Virus record (IMG/VR): IMGVR_UViG_3300013005_000033
Span: 1-64,000 of that record
Length of the DNA: 64,000 bases
Strand: one strand, 5' to 3'
Source: an uncultured virus (IMG/VR IMGVR_UViG_3300013005_000033)
Lineage: Duplodnaviria; Heunggongvirae; Uroviricota; Caudoviricetes
How positions within the stretch are numbered: position 1 is the first letter of the stretch; every line of letters begins with the position of its first letter. A model generated the notes under the pieces. It worked only from the letters and a program-made list of their open reading frames with translations, was not told where the DNA came from and made no database searches. A program made the translations under genes and the position numbers. Positions 38,201 through 47,965 of this stretch are shown piece by piece.

Positions 38201-41028
38201 AAGCCGTCCTCGTAATCTTCCCGGGGAATCATATCCACCTTGCAGTCGTCGGATCGGCACCTGTAAATAAATTCATTGCCCTCCTTGTCTCTAGTGGCCA
38301 GATAGACATCGTTCTTCCAAAGTCGCCTCAAGGACTCCAGAACGGGACCCACATAAGAGTCGTGCAGGCCACGGCCGTGCCAATTGTGCTGGAGAAACAT
38401 GATGCCCTTGTTTCTGTGGTTGGGATCCATGAGCCTGATTTCGGGCAATCCGCCATTCATGTATCTGGCCACCAGTTTGGCCTTGATCTTGGTGGGATCC
38501 TTGCTCTCAATCTTATATTCCCCGTTCGGATACTTCTTCCACTCAAAAAATTCATACTTTTCGCAAAACTCGGGCGTGAAGAATTCCATGATGAGGGTTA
38601 AATCGTTGTATAGTTTCCTAACCTCAAAGACCTTGTCGTGACCCAGTCCGAGTTTTAGATCCCAATCTTGTTTCTTTTTTATATCGGGGCACTCTTCCCA
38701 CTCGGTACCGAACTTGCCCTTGTCCCATCGCTCCTCTATGTCGCACAGAAGATTAAATCCAAGCTTATAGGGGTTCATTGAATATTTGCCTCCAAGCACC
38801 CCCATCTTGTGCTTTGCGTACTCTATGATGCCCGAACTTTCGTGCTCTTGGCCGAGTCCGGCAAGTCCTTGTTTTGAAATAATATGATAGTCAACCCAGC
38901 TGTTGTGATTTATAAATCCATGGGCCGCATAGCGATGGGTGTCGTCAACAGTCATGTCATAGACTGTTCCTTGGCCGAATTTTATGGAAACAATTTCATC
39001 AGACCAATTTTCCCTCGTGAACCACAACCTGTCGTTGATGTATTTGCCAAGGGAATCTTGCTTTCTTTTTAGGCCGAAACTTATCTGCTCCATGAATTTC
39101 TTGGCTTGAACGCCGCAAATACGAATTTGCCAAATGTGTGTTTTCTTTTCATCAGAGGCCTTGGCTTTCTTTCTTGAGGAAATTATCCCATAGTTGAGGA
39201 GAATGGTCTGGATCTGTTCTCCCATCTTTTCGCTGGAGGTGGACAAAATCACTCCGGCCTTGCCAGCATAGCCGTCACAATCAAAATAGGATCTAAGAAA
39301 GGCAGACACTACATTCTTGGGAGACCTCAATATACAATTGGGGACTGTCTTTTCTCTGGCGCAGACGCCCGTCTTTAATCCTATACTCTTCAAAAATTCT
39401 TGTAAGCTCTTGGAAGAACAAGAGACTCTCCACCTGCCATTCTTTGAGCTCCCGTCCCACTTCCTCTTGCCAACCAGACCAAAAAGAGATCCCAAAAGAT
39501 TTTCATACTCTTCAATCTGCTCTAGATCACCTGAAGTCAAACCAAAAGATCTACCGGATTCAGAAATATGACCATCGCCTATCATATAGCCCAGAAAACT
39601 AGCCAAACCTTCAGTGACCTCGGTCGGAATTGAGATTTTTTTGCGTCTTATGGTTTGAGTTTCTCCCAACCTTGAAACTTGCTCGTCAAAAATCTTACTC
39701 AACTCCACGACTTTAAGCCCGGCTTGTGCGTCAGTCTGCATTCCCATTCGGTAATAGTTGCATTTCCAGTACTTGGAGCCAAGAATTTCTCGTATCTTTC
39801 TTGTGTCCAGCCTCTCTTCTTCCTTGTAATCCAGACCGACCGGATCTTTAGGCCATACATTGGAACCACTTATCCTTACCTTGTCACCCTCATTTAGGTC
39901 TCTCATATGGATCCATTGACCCTCAGATTCCATAATTCTGTGGTTATCCGATCCTGTGATCTTATATCCCCTCCTTGTCTCTATCGTTACAGTTTTTCTT
40001 TCATTAAAAATGAACCAGTTGCTGACCTTTTTGTTGGAGTCGCCGTCCGAAACCAAGCATGAGATCTTCCCTTCAACAAGCTCTTTCGCTGTTATGATTC
40101 CATTGTCAGTACAAATCAAAGTATCGGGCCCGACACAAGCGTGTCCCTCATTTATAGTCTTTGTCATTCTCTGTGGGGCAAAGTACATGCTTTCCTCGTA
40201 GAGCATAGACACGATGTCGCTCTCCCAAGGCTTGAGAGGGGCGTTGTCCCTAATGAAGCCCATTATGTCCTTGGTGGAACCCACGAAGAGATCCAGATAT
40301 TCGGCAGCTTCAATTTTTTCTATCTCCAACTGCTGTTTCTTGATCCACTCCTCCGTGTTCACATACTCGTCCATGTAGTCGTGGCCGTCCTCGACCTTGA
40401 GTCGCTTAGGATGGCGGTACTTTCGCTTGTCCCTCGGAATGTTGTCCTTGTATTTCTTGGGCTGCCAAGCCTTGGAAGGATCTATCAAAGTCTCTATCCT
40501 GAGCACATGGTCTATAAACTCGGTGACCCTTTCCTTTCCCCAACGGCTCATGTACTTTTTGATCCTGGTGCCGTGGTTGGCCAACTCGTTCATCATGTTC
40601 TGGCTGGTCTGCGAGAAGTAGATGTTGTTTTTGAAAAAATCAGCGTGGCCGAGTGCATGAGCGACTACAGTCACATTGTCAAGAAGGCTGTTCGAGTCTA
40701 GGCAATAAAGGTATACGGGGGTGCAATTCGTGACCATTTCGTATATCCTGTGCATGCCATGAAGATATCCGCGCTGGAGCTCCTCATACTCCATGCCCCA
40801 TTTCCAATGAGGATACCTCACGGGAAAGCCGCCATAGGCTGCTATTTCGCTTATCTCGTCGTAGGTGAGCATTTCAACAACGGTCGGAGGGAAGTCACAG
40901 CCGAACTCGCTCACCTTTCTGAATATCTCGGGAAGGAGTCTCTTAAGTTCCTCGGGCATCGGCACGCCTGGAATCTTACTATTCCCCATCAATACTGGGG
41001 ATCCCATCATGAATTTTCTGTTGTTCAT
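38194..41028 (-). CDS. spoVR: SpoVR/YcgB family protein containing an intein
   Basis: GFPVRYPHW, RIYEMV, AHALGHADFFKNN, YFAPQ..TKTINEGHA|SW, NPYKLG. Confidence 0.92.
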   Translation of the reverse strand: MNNRKFMMGSPVLMGNSKIPGVPMPEELKRLLPEIFRKVSEFGCDFPPTVVEMLTYDEISEIAAYGGFPVRYPHWKWGMEYEELQRGYLHGMHRIYEMVTNCTPVYLYCLDSNSLLDNVTVVAHALGHADFFKNNIYFSQTSQNMMNELANHGTRIKKYMSRWGKERVTEFIDHVLRIETLIDPSKAWQPKKYKDNIPRDKRKYRHPKRLKVEDGHDYMDEYVNTEEWIKKQQLEIEKIEAAEYLDLFVGSTKDIMGFIRDNAPLKPWESDIVSMLYEESMYFAPQRMTKTINEGHACVGPDTLICTDNGIITAKELVEGKISCLVSDGDSNKKVSNWFIFNERKTVTIETRRGYKITGSDNHRIMESEGQWIHMRDLNEGDKVRISGSNVWPKDPVGLDYKEEERLDTRKIREILGSKYWKCNYYRMGMQTDAQAGLKVVELSKIFDEQVSRLGETQTIRRKKISIPTEVTEGLASFLGYMIGDGHISESGRSFGLTSGDLEQIEEYENLLGSLFGLVGKRKWDGSSKNGRWRVSCSSKSLQEFLKSIGLKTGVCAREKTVPNCILRSPKNVVSAFLRSYFDCDGYAGKAGVILSTSSEKMGEQIQTILLNYGIISSRKKAKASDEKKTHIWQIRICGVQAKKFMEQISFGLKRKQDSLGKYINDRLWFTRENWSDEIVSIKFGQGTVYDMTVDDTHRYAAHGFINHNSWVDYHIISKQGLAGLGQEHESSGIIEYAKHKMGVLGGKYSMNPYKLGFNLLCDIEERWDKGKFGTEWEECPDIKKKQDWDLKLGLGHDKVFEVRKLYNDLTLIMEFFTPEFCEKYEFFEWKKYPNGEYKIESKDPTKIKAKLVARYMNGGLPEIRLMDPNHRNKGIMFLQHNWHGRGLHDSYVGPVLESLRRLWKNDVYLATRDKEGNEFIYRCRSDDCKVDMIPREDYEDGFF
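38902..40137 (-). mobile_element. Intein (412 aa) with LAGLIDADG homing endonuclease
   Basis: Starts CVGPDT, block B TGSDNHR, LGYMIGDG and FLRSYFDCDG, ends VYDMTV..GFINHN followed by Ser. Confidence 0.92.
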
Positions 41029-41032
41029 TATG

Positions 41033-42235
41033 TCATCCCAGGTTGTTGGCCCAGTAGTTCTCCGTTCTTCCTCTTCTTCTTCCCTTTCCGAGAAGGTCTA
41101 TAATCGCGTCCTTAATGCCCCTGTCCCTTTCTTGGTCGGACAAGTTGGAGTCCGTGCCCACCTGCGTTGTCTTAAGGTTCGTCGACTTGCATTTTTCATC
41201 TACCGCCTGCTTGAGGCTGTTCTCGTACCTCCATGGAAGTATCTGGGTGATGCCCACCATGTTTACGAACTTAGGACCGAATTCCTCCTCCAGCGTCTTT
41301 ACAAACACATCGTTGTCATTGTCCCAATTCTCGCCGTCCGTGAAATAAAACAAATATATGTTCCACTTGATGGGATTGAACCTGTTCTCAAACATCTTGG
41401 ATATGAGTTTCAATGCGGTGGAGCAGGTCGTGCCTCCGCCGTACCGGTACTTGTAGAACTTCTTCTCATCAACCTCTTTCGCGACCGTGTCGTGCCAAAC
41501 ATAGACACGCTCTACCTTGTCATAAAACTTACGAATCCAAGTGTCTATCCACCAACTCATGTCGCTTACAATGTCGCACTTGTACTGATCCATGGACGCG
41601 GATCCGTCCCTGGCGAAGAATATTACGGCATTGCTAGAAGGCAATTTTATCTCATTAAACTGGCGGTATCGCTTGTCGCTGTTTATGGGGGTTATGAGCC
41701 TAATCGGGTTGGCAAAGCCCGGAATCTGGTAGAGTTTATTTATGGATCCGTCGGCACACTGCCGCTTCAGAGCTTGCTTAAGGGTTCTGGCGTTGTGCCT
41801 GAGCGATTCGGGCCCCACGAGGGCTATGTTGTTATATTTCTTGATTATCTGCTCATAGGTGTCACTCGGCTTGGGTTTCATATCAGGAAGTTCAAGTTCA
41901 TCCTGCATGAACTTTAGAACCTCGTCCATGTCCACGGCAATATCCATGCCGTCGCCCGCGTCTTGTCCGGCCTTATTGCCCTTTCCGTCGCCCTTCTGAT
42001 CGTCCTTGCCTATTACATCGCCCTTTTCGCCCTTTCCACGGCCGATACCGCCGTCGCTATCGCCGTAGACGATGTGCGGTATGTCAATCTTTGGAATTGT
42101 AACGACTATCTTTCCATTCTTTCCTCTATTTCGAAAGATGGATCCATTCTTGATGTACTTTTTAAGTTCTTTCCTTCTTATGCCTCCGTAGACATCTTGG
42201 AAGTCCTTATGATCGGAATCTATGCGGCGTGGAAT
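41033..42235 (-). CDS. yeaH: YeaH/YhbH (DUF444, vWA) protein with ATT start
   Basis: Open frame extends 96 codons above the track ATG to PRRIDSDH; DGSASMD, GGT, FTDGEN motifs. Confidence 0.85.
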   Translation of the reverse strand: MPRRIDSDHKDFQDVYGGIRRKELKKYIKNGSIFRNRGKNGKIVVTIPKIDIPHIVYGDSDGGIGRGKGEKGDVIGKDDQKGDGKGNKAGQDAGDGMDIAVDMDEVLKFMQDELELPDMKPKPSDTYEQIIKKYNNIALVGPESLRHNARTLKQALKRQCADGSINKLYQIPGFANPIRLITPINSDKRYRQFNEIKLPSSNAVIFFARDGSASMDQYKCDIVSDMSWWIDTWIRKFYDKVERVYVWHDTVAKEVDEKKFYKYRYGGGTTCSTALKLISKMFENRFNPIKWNIYLFYFTDGENWDNDNDVFVKTLEEEFGPKFVNMVGITQILPWRYENSLKQAVDEKCKSTNLKTTQVGTDSNLSDQERDRGIKDAIIDLLGKGRRRGRTENYWANNLG

Positions 42236-42249
42236 AACTCACCTCTTTT

Positions 42250-44328
42250 TCAGTCGTCTTCCGAAACGTCTCCGCGAGCGAATATGGAACTTATGTATTC
42301 CAAGACATCGGTCGCGCTCTGCTCGTTGTAGCCGTACTGGTCTATGAGCCTCTTCTTTACGGCGTCTATCTTCTCTTGGATATCCTTGTCCACGACGGTG
42401 GCTCCCTTGATATTTAGAGCCGACAACTTTATGTGATCCTTAGTGTCCTCAAAAAGCTTGGCCTCCAAGGCTTTCTTAAGCTGGGGGTTTGAGTCCCATT
42501 TGAACTTCTTGCCGCCATGGGCTAGGTGGCCAATAAAGCCAGCCAGCATCCTTCTGAAATCGTCGGCACCAACTTCAGGTATATCTATCTTCTCTTCTAT
42601 GGATCGCATCAATCTTTCGTCCGGCTCCTGATCTTGCTCCGTGAAGGGATTTTTTATCTTCGTGCCGTTGATGTAGGCCATGACATTGTCTATGTAGTTT
42701 CCGCAAAGCCTTTCTATGGCATGCTCGTCGCCAACAAGGGCCTTCTGGACTTCGGCCTTAAGTATCTCGTCCAGTTCCTTCCTGGCTAGGTCTATGCAAG
42801 CCACGAATTTGGACTTGTCCTCCTCGTTGTCAAAAAGGGACTGATGGTCTACCCCGGCCTTAAGTTCATTGAGAACCATAAAAAAGTTTATATAATCGTA
42901 GTGCGAACTCAAGCAGTTGCTAATCTTGTCCTGGGTGTAACGACAACTTATTCCCGTCATGCCCTCGTCAGGATATTTGTCCCGCAACTCCTTCACGCTA
43001 TCCTCCGTCCAGCCGGGAAGGGATCTGCCGTCGTACAACTTGGCCTTTTCCACGAGGCTTATCTTCCCGTCCTTGTCTTCTTGAAGTCTAGTAAGAACGG
43101 ACCACAGAGCGGCTATCTCTAAGGTGTGGGGCGCTATGTGCTGCTTGATCTTATCCTTGTTGTACTGGTGTTCCAGAATCTTGAGCTCCTCGCTCCACCT
43201 GAGCAAATAGGGAACATCTATCTTCACAGTCCTATCCCTTAAAGCCTCCATGGTCTGGTCGCTCTTTAGCCTCAAGAACTCAGGAGAGTTTGTATGGCCT
43301 ATGAGAACTGTGTCGACAGCCACTTGCGGGAACTTCTTTGGCTTGATCTGCTTTTCCTGAGAAGCCCCGAGGAGGTCGTAGAGGAACTCCTTGGCAAGCT
43401 TTAAAACCTCTATGAATTCGACAATTCCCCTGCTGCCAACACAGAATTCTCCGTCAAAATTGAACGCCCTAGGATCCGAATCTGTGCCAAAGTGCGGCAA
43501 CTTGCCCCAGTTTATATCACCAGTAAGTTCGGTGCTATCTTGGTTCTTCTCATCCTTGGGTTGGAAGGTGGCTATGCCACAGCGGTCGGCCTCACTGTGA
43601 GTCTTGCGCACGACCCGGATGTGATTTTCCACGACCTTGCCCCAATCCCCATCATTCCTAAGAAGCAGTTCTTGCATGAACTTCTTAGACCTTGGATCCA
43701 ACTCCCCGTCAACATTTAACCTGTATAGTGTCTTGCGATCCTTCTCAGGGGTGTTTTCTACAAGTATCCTGTTGAGATCAGCAACGACATCCTTTCTCAT
43801 GTCTGGAGGGAGAAGTTTGAGGGGATCTTCGTGCATGGGCGACTCGTCCTCGGACTGCGTGTATATGCCGTTTTCCTTATCGGTTGGCAGGTTGACCCAC
43901 TTGAATGTGTACCACGAGCCCTCGTCGGTGAGCGAGTACTTTTCCAAACCCTTTTTTATGCAACGAAGGATTGTGGACTTGGAACTGCCTACGGGGCCGT
44001 GCAACAGCAAGACCCTTCGCTCCGGGCCGTAACCGCCGGCGGCTCCCTTGAAAAACTGAACGAGTTGGTGAAGCGTTTCCGAAAGTCCGAATATTGGCGA
44101 ATCGGAACTGTCAAAAAAATTGTAGTGTATGTAGGTCTTCCTGTATCTCTCCACTTTTGAGGTGCCCTTGCTCATGATCATATCATAAAGATACTGATAT
44201 GCTGTCCTGGCAAGCTTTGGATTAGAATATACCAGATCAAGATATTCGGAGAACGACATCTCCTCGTTAAGTTTCTTGAACTTTTCTTTATCAAACTTTG
44301 AAGAAAGCTTCTTGAGAATTTCGCTCAT
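42250..44328 (-). CDS. prkA: PrkA/YeaG AAA+ protein
   Basis: LLLHGPVGSSKS, PMHEDPL, KDEKNQD, DPRAF, EALRDR. Confidence 0.95.
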   Translation of the reverse strand: MSEILKKLSSKFDKEKFKKLNEEMSFSEYLDLVYSNPKLARTAYQYLYDMIMSKGTSKVERYRKTYIHYNFFDSSDSPIFGLSETLHQLVQFFKGAAGGYGPERRVLLLHGPVGSSKSTILRCIKKGLEKYSLTDEGSWYTFKWVNLPTDKENGIYTQSEDESPMHEDPLKLLPPDMRKDVVADLNRILVENTPEKDRKTLYRLNVDGELDPRSKKFMQELLLRNDGDWGKVVENHIRVVRKTHSEADRCGIATFQPKDEKNQDSTELTGDINWGKLPHFGTDSDPRAFNFDGEFCVGSRGIVEFIEVLKLAKEFLYDLLGASQEKQIKPKKFPQVAVDTVLIGHTNSPEFLRLKSDQTMEALRDRTVKIDVPYLLRWSEELKILEHQYNKDKIKQHIAPHTLEIAALWSVLTRLQEDKDGKISLVEKAKLYDGRSLPGWTEDSVKELRDKYPDEGMTGISCRYTQDKISNCLSSHYDYINFFMVLNELKAGVDHQSLFDNEEDKSKFVACIDLARKELDEILKAEVQKALVGDEHAIERLCGNYIDNVMAYINGTKIKNPFTEQDQEPDERLMRSIEEKIDIPEVGADDFRRMLAGFIGHLAHGGKKFKWDSNPQLKKALEAKLFEDTKDHIKLSALNIKGATVVDKDIQEKIDAVKKRLIDQYGYNEQSATDVLEYISSIFARGDVSEDD

Positions 44329-44370
44329 CGTAATGCCTTTCGTGTTTAAATATTCTAGTGTAATCAAACT

Positions 44371-44400
44371 AAAAAAGCACGGCACAAAGGCCGTGCTTTT
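44371..44400 (-). terminator. Intrinsic terminator
   Basis: AAAAGCACGGC/GCCGTGCTTTT stem with T-run. Confidence 0.75.
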
Positions 44401-44432
44401 CATTTGAACCTAAAATGGTTAGCACAAACAAC

Positions 44433-44783
44433 TTACTTAACTTCTCCGAAATGATTTCCGCTGGATATGTCGTCTATCTTTCGATACGGCTCGGGGCCAA
44501 CCCTGGATGCCCTTTCGGCGGCCTTCCTCTGGTCGCGCACGCCGCCGGGCTTGTCCATGTTATGCTTGAACCTATAATCGTGACCCTTAGACTCGCTGTT
44601 CCACCTGTCAGTTCCGACCGGATTGGCAAAACTAACCGAGGGGCACCCAAATATTTCAAACTTCTTAGAAGAATTGCACTTGGGGCACTTCGCAGATTTG
44701 ACCGAATCTTCCTTTTCCGCTATCTTTGACCAAACATCATAGACTTCATTGCATTTTCCGCACTGCATCTCATATCTCGGCAT
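44433..44783 (-). CDS. FmdB-family Zn-ribbon protein
   Basis: MPRYEMQCGKC..CPKCNS. Confidence 0.8.
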   Translation of the reverse strand: MPRYEMQCGKCNEVYDVWSKIAEKEDSVKSAKCPKCNSSKKFEIFGCPSVSFANPVGTDRWNSESKGHDYRFKHNMDKPGGVRDQRKAAERASRVGPEPYRKIDDISSGNHFGEVK

Positions 44784-45042
44784 CGTTCTGTCCTTCTGTT
44801 AGTTTTTTTATCGTCGTGAAAGCCGTTTCAAAAGCTTTTAACTTGTAAGAAAGGCTTCTCAATCTCCAAAAAAGAGATTTTTCGCATATTTTTATGGCGC
44901 AATTAAGGATGTGCTGATCCGGGTTGTCAAACTGGGTCATGGATATCAACTCGGCGGCGTCGGGCATCAAGAACTTGGTCTCGTCAAATTCCTCGTCCTC
45001 TCCGCTATCCTCATCATCTTCACCGAAATAAAATCTCTTCAT
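44770..45042 (-). CDS. Hypothetical protein
   Basis: ATGA overlap; GGAGG RBS. Confidence 0.6.
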   Translation of the reverse strand: MKRFYFGEDDEDSGEDEEFDETKFLMPDAAELISMTQFDNPDQHILNCAIKICEKSLFWRLRSLSYKLKAFETAFTTIKKLTEGQNDAEI

Positions 45043-45509
45043 GAGCCTCCAGCGTGTAAATATACATTGTTGCACTGCTCCCACAAATTTAAAACCGCCA
45101 TCTCGTTGACGGTCAATCTACTTGTGCCGAATCTTTTGAGAGCCCTATAAAAAGGAATGTCCGATCTATCTATCCATTCTTTTAAAACAAAATTGCCACA
45201 ACCCTCACTATAGTCAACTAACATGCTTTGGATGCTAGATTTAGAAGAGGCAATGTCAAAGTTTCCTTCAAAGTCTCTCACGGCAACCACCGTCGGCCCT
45301 ATCTTTATCTCGGAGCCCGCTTGCTTGGAGATCTTGACTCCAAGCCTAGAAGCCCACTGAAAAAGGGGCTTGTCTAGGTTTAATTCTAGAACAACCTCCC
45401 AATCCGGCAGTCGCTTTCTGAGGGAGTACCAAGATGCAAACGCCATCCACTCTTGGTGCGGAGAGCAATCGCATGATATAGCTATCTTTAAACTTTGATC
45501 GGGCATCAA
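45039..45509 (-). CDS. Hypothetical protein
   Basis: ORF track. Confidence 0.6.
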   Translation of the reverse strand: MMPDQSLKIAISCDCSPHQEWMAFASWYSLRKRLPDWEVVLELNLDKPLFQWASRLGVKISKQAGSEIKIGPTVVAVRDFEGNFDIASSKSSIQSMLVDYSEGCGNFVLKEWIDRSDIPFYRALKRFGTSRLTVNEMAVLNLWEQCNNVYLHAGGS

Positions 45510-45510
45510 C

Positions 45511-45687
45511 TTAAGAATAGTTTGAAAAGCGCCGAATTTTAGTCTTGATCTTGAAAGAATGCGGGCTCGTCATCCGGAAGACCCTCCCGTGCTGGGCCAT
45601 TCCGCCGGTGCCGAGAGCTCCGGTTGCTGTTAACTTTGGGCCCGAACCTTTGCCACCCTCTGAGACCAGCCATTCCTTGAAGCTCAT
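45511..45687 (-). CDS. Small protein MSFKEWLVSE (58 aa, not in ORF track)
   Basis: ATGA overlap with the upstream gene; shared N-terminal motif. Confidence 0.6.
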   Translation of the reverse strand: MSFKEWLVSEGGKGSGPKLTATGALGTGGMAQHGRVFRMTSPHSFKIKTKIRRFSNYS

Positions 45688-45956
45688 CTTTTGTTCAGAG
45701 CGGTCAGTATGTCGCTTTTTGAGCGCGAAGCGTCCGCAATCTCCGTGGGATCCGTGCTGCTCTTCATTTTATTGTCATAAATTTGAGCAACTTGCTTGCT
45801 CGCCATCTTTGGGTTCTTTGACTTCATCAAAACAGATCTGATGTTGTCTACGGTAGTATCTTTCTTTTTTACGGAGGTCTTAATCCCCCCTCCAATCAAG
45901 GACTGGATGGGGTTGATCTGATTTTCTCTGATTACGATCCATTCGCTGAATTTCAT
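45684..45956 (-). CDS. Basic small protein MKFSEWIVIRE
   Basis: TACATA upstream; shared N-terminal motif. Confidence 0.65.
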   Translation of the reverse strand: MKFSEWIVIRENQINPIQSLIGGGIKTSVKKKDTTVDNIRSVLMKSKNPKMASKQVAQIYDNKMKSSTDPTEIADASRSKSDILTALNKR

Positions 45957-45968
45957 GAAATTATGTAT

Positions 45969-47318
45969 TCACATGGATCTTATTTTGTCCATCATCAAGG
46001 TTGTGGAATGACCCGAAACCATTGGAAAAAAGCAGACCTCGCGTGCAAATTCAGATCCGACGGGATCCGAGTATTCCGAGCCCTTGACGAGGACTTCCGG
46101 ACATACAAGTTTGACCAGATTATGCGGGGTGTCCTCATCAAATGAAACGACAAAATCCACGCATTCCAACGATGAAATCATCGCTTTTCTATGCTCCAGA
46201 CTGTTGACCAAACCGTGAGCCTTTTTCTGCCTCTTGACGCTATCGTCCGAATTGAGAGCGACCACAAGCTTGTCCGCACGAGATTTGGCAAACTTCAAAA
46301 GTTCCATGTGGCCCGGATGAAGAATGTCAAAGCAGCCATTAGCAAAAGATAATGAAAAGTCTCTTTTGGAAAAAATTCTGGGGTCTACAAACTTAGAAGA
46401 ACATATCTGATACGGGTGCAATGGGCTATTGTGATCCCGTTCAATATACCTAGAACATGCATCAAACGATATTTCTACGGCCTTTCTTATGTCTATAGAA
46501 TGAGCCATACACATTGAAAGAAACGCTATAAACGCATCGCCGGCTCCAATAACAGACCTGGGCGTCTTCTTTACAATGGGCCTATATTCAAACCATGAGC
46601 CCTGGACATTTCCCACCACCCCATCGCCGGCTTGAGTTATGACAACGGCTTGGCAATCCGTCTCTCTCATAAAATATTCACACTGAAGCCTCCAGTCAAA
46701 ATGGCCGCTCATCTCGGCAGCCTCCTTGGAATTGGGTTTTATTATGGTACAACCCTTCCACCTATCAATGGGGTGCTTTTTTGGATCAACTATTGTAATG
46801 GATCCCTCTCCAATGCTCCTTATAAAATCACTTCTTCCCTTCAGCAAGCCCTTGTCGTAATCGGAGAAAATCACGACATCAAACGGCTGGGATTCCGACA
46901 AATTTTGAAGCAACTTGTCTTGAAAAGATTTCATCAAGTCCGGCGAGAGATTATAGTTCTCGCCTTCTATGTCCAACCGACACAACGGAAAACCGCCACT
47001 GTAGAATCTCTTCTTCGTCGGGATGCCCTTAGAAAATATGCAGCCATCCATGTTTATGTCGCCAGCAAAAACCTTCATTGCCTCATTCGTCAAGGCAAAA
47101 AGACTCACATCAAAATTAAAATTTGAAAATTGCCTGCAGACATTAGCAGCTCCTCCAAGAACAATTTTTGGTATTTCATTTGGAGCCTTCATAACCGGTA
47201 TGGGGAACTCCGGACTGACCCTGTCCGCAGAGACATCATAGTATTCGTCCAGAATGGCGTCGCCGAAAACGGCAACTTTTGGCCTATAATCGTAAAGCCT
47301 ATCAATCAAAATACTCAA
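45969..47318 (-). CDS. hldE: HldE/RfaE-like bifunctional heptose kinase/adenylyltransferase
   Basis: RVSPEFP, GGAANV, SDYDKG, GAGD, ANGCFDILHPGH, NSDDSV, LVKG. Confidence 0.9.
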   Translation of the reverse strand: MSILIDRLYDYRPKVAVFGDAILDEYYDVSADRVSPEFPIPVMKAPNEIPKIVLGGAANVCRQFSNFNFDVSLFALTNEAMKVFAGDINMDGCIFSKGIPTKKRFYSGGFPLCRLDIEGENYNLSPDLMKSFQDKLLQNLSESQPFDVVIFSDYDKGLLKGRSDFIRSIGEGSITIVDPKKHPIDRWKGCTIIKPNSKEAAEMSGHFDWRLQCEYFMRETDCQAVVITQAGDGVVGNVQGSWFEYRPIVKKTPRSVIGAGDAFIAFLSMCMAHSIDIRKAVEISFDACSRYIERDHNSPLHPYQICSSKFVDPRIFSKRDFSLSFANGCFDILHPGHMELLKFAKSRADKLVVALNSDDSVKRQKKAHGLVNSLEHRKAMISSLECVDFVVSFDEDTPHNLVKLVCPEVLVKGSEYSDPVGSEFAREVCFFPMVSGHSTTLMMDKIRSM

Positions 47319-47965
47319 AGGCCAAACGCCTCCAGCGTGAATTTAAAAGGATCCCCAGGAATTTTCTTAACTAGATCGAGCATCATTGATGCTACATCCC
47401 TAGTCTCCTTCTGGGCGTCGGGCTTGAGCCTGAGTCTCCACAGGTGCATAAAAGCCGCCAGAGATCCCGTCCAAATAAACTGCGTCTCTAAACAGAGGGG
47501 CAGTATTACCCTGCATTGCTCCTTCGCCACTCCGGAGGACTCCATCTCCTCATAAATATCCTTGCAGACGCCAATTGCTTCCTTGATTTTATTGATAAGA
47601 TACGAATTCCTTTCGGGATCTATGTCGCCAGAACTTCCTTGCTTGCTATCCTTGGACTGAAGCCTCAATTGGTCAGGGATCCAGTACTCGTCTGAAAAAT
47701 CAACATATCTCCCGCTTATGCTGTTCGCCGTGAGTCCCACCTGATGCTTAAACAACTGCCTCTCCACAAAGACGGGGCATTGTATCCTAAATTGAAGCTG
47801 AGGGTGCCTGAAAGGCGAAGTATGGCCATGCTCCACAAGAAACTTTATGAGCCTAGAGTCCTTTTCATCCAAGGAGGCTTTGGCCTTTCCATAACTCACC
47901 CTGGCCGCATTAACGACCATAAGGTCGTCGCCGAAATGACTGAGAAGTTCTGCTTTAATTTTCAT
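47315..47965 (-). CDS. thyX: Flavin-dependent thymidylate synthase
   Basis: AARVSY, HTSPF, RQLFKH, NSISGRY, AQKE. Confidence 0.93.
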   Translation of the reverse strand: MKIKAELLSHFGDDLMVVNAARVSYGKAKASLDEKDSRLIKFLVEHGHTSPFRHPQLQFRIQCPVFVERQLFKHQVGLTANSISGRYVDFSDEYWIPDQLRLQSKDSKQGSSGDIDPERNSYLINKIKEAIGVCKDIYEEMESSGVAKEQCRVILPLCLETQFIWTGSLAAFMHLWRLRLKPDAQKETRDVASMMLDLVKKIPGDPFKFTLEAFGL

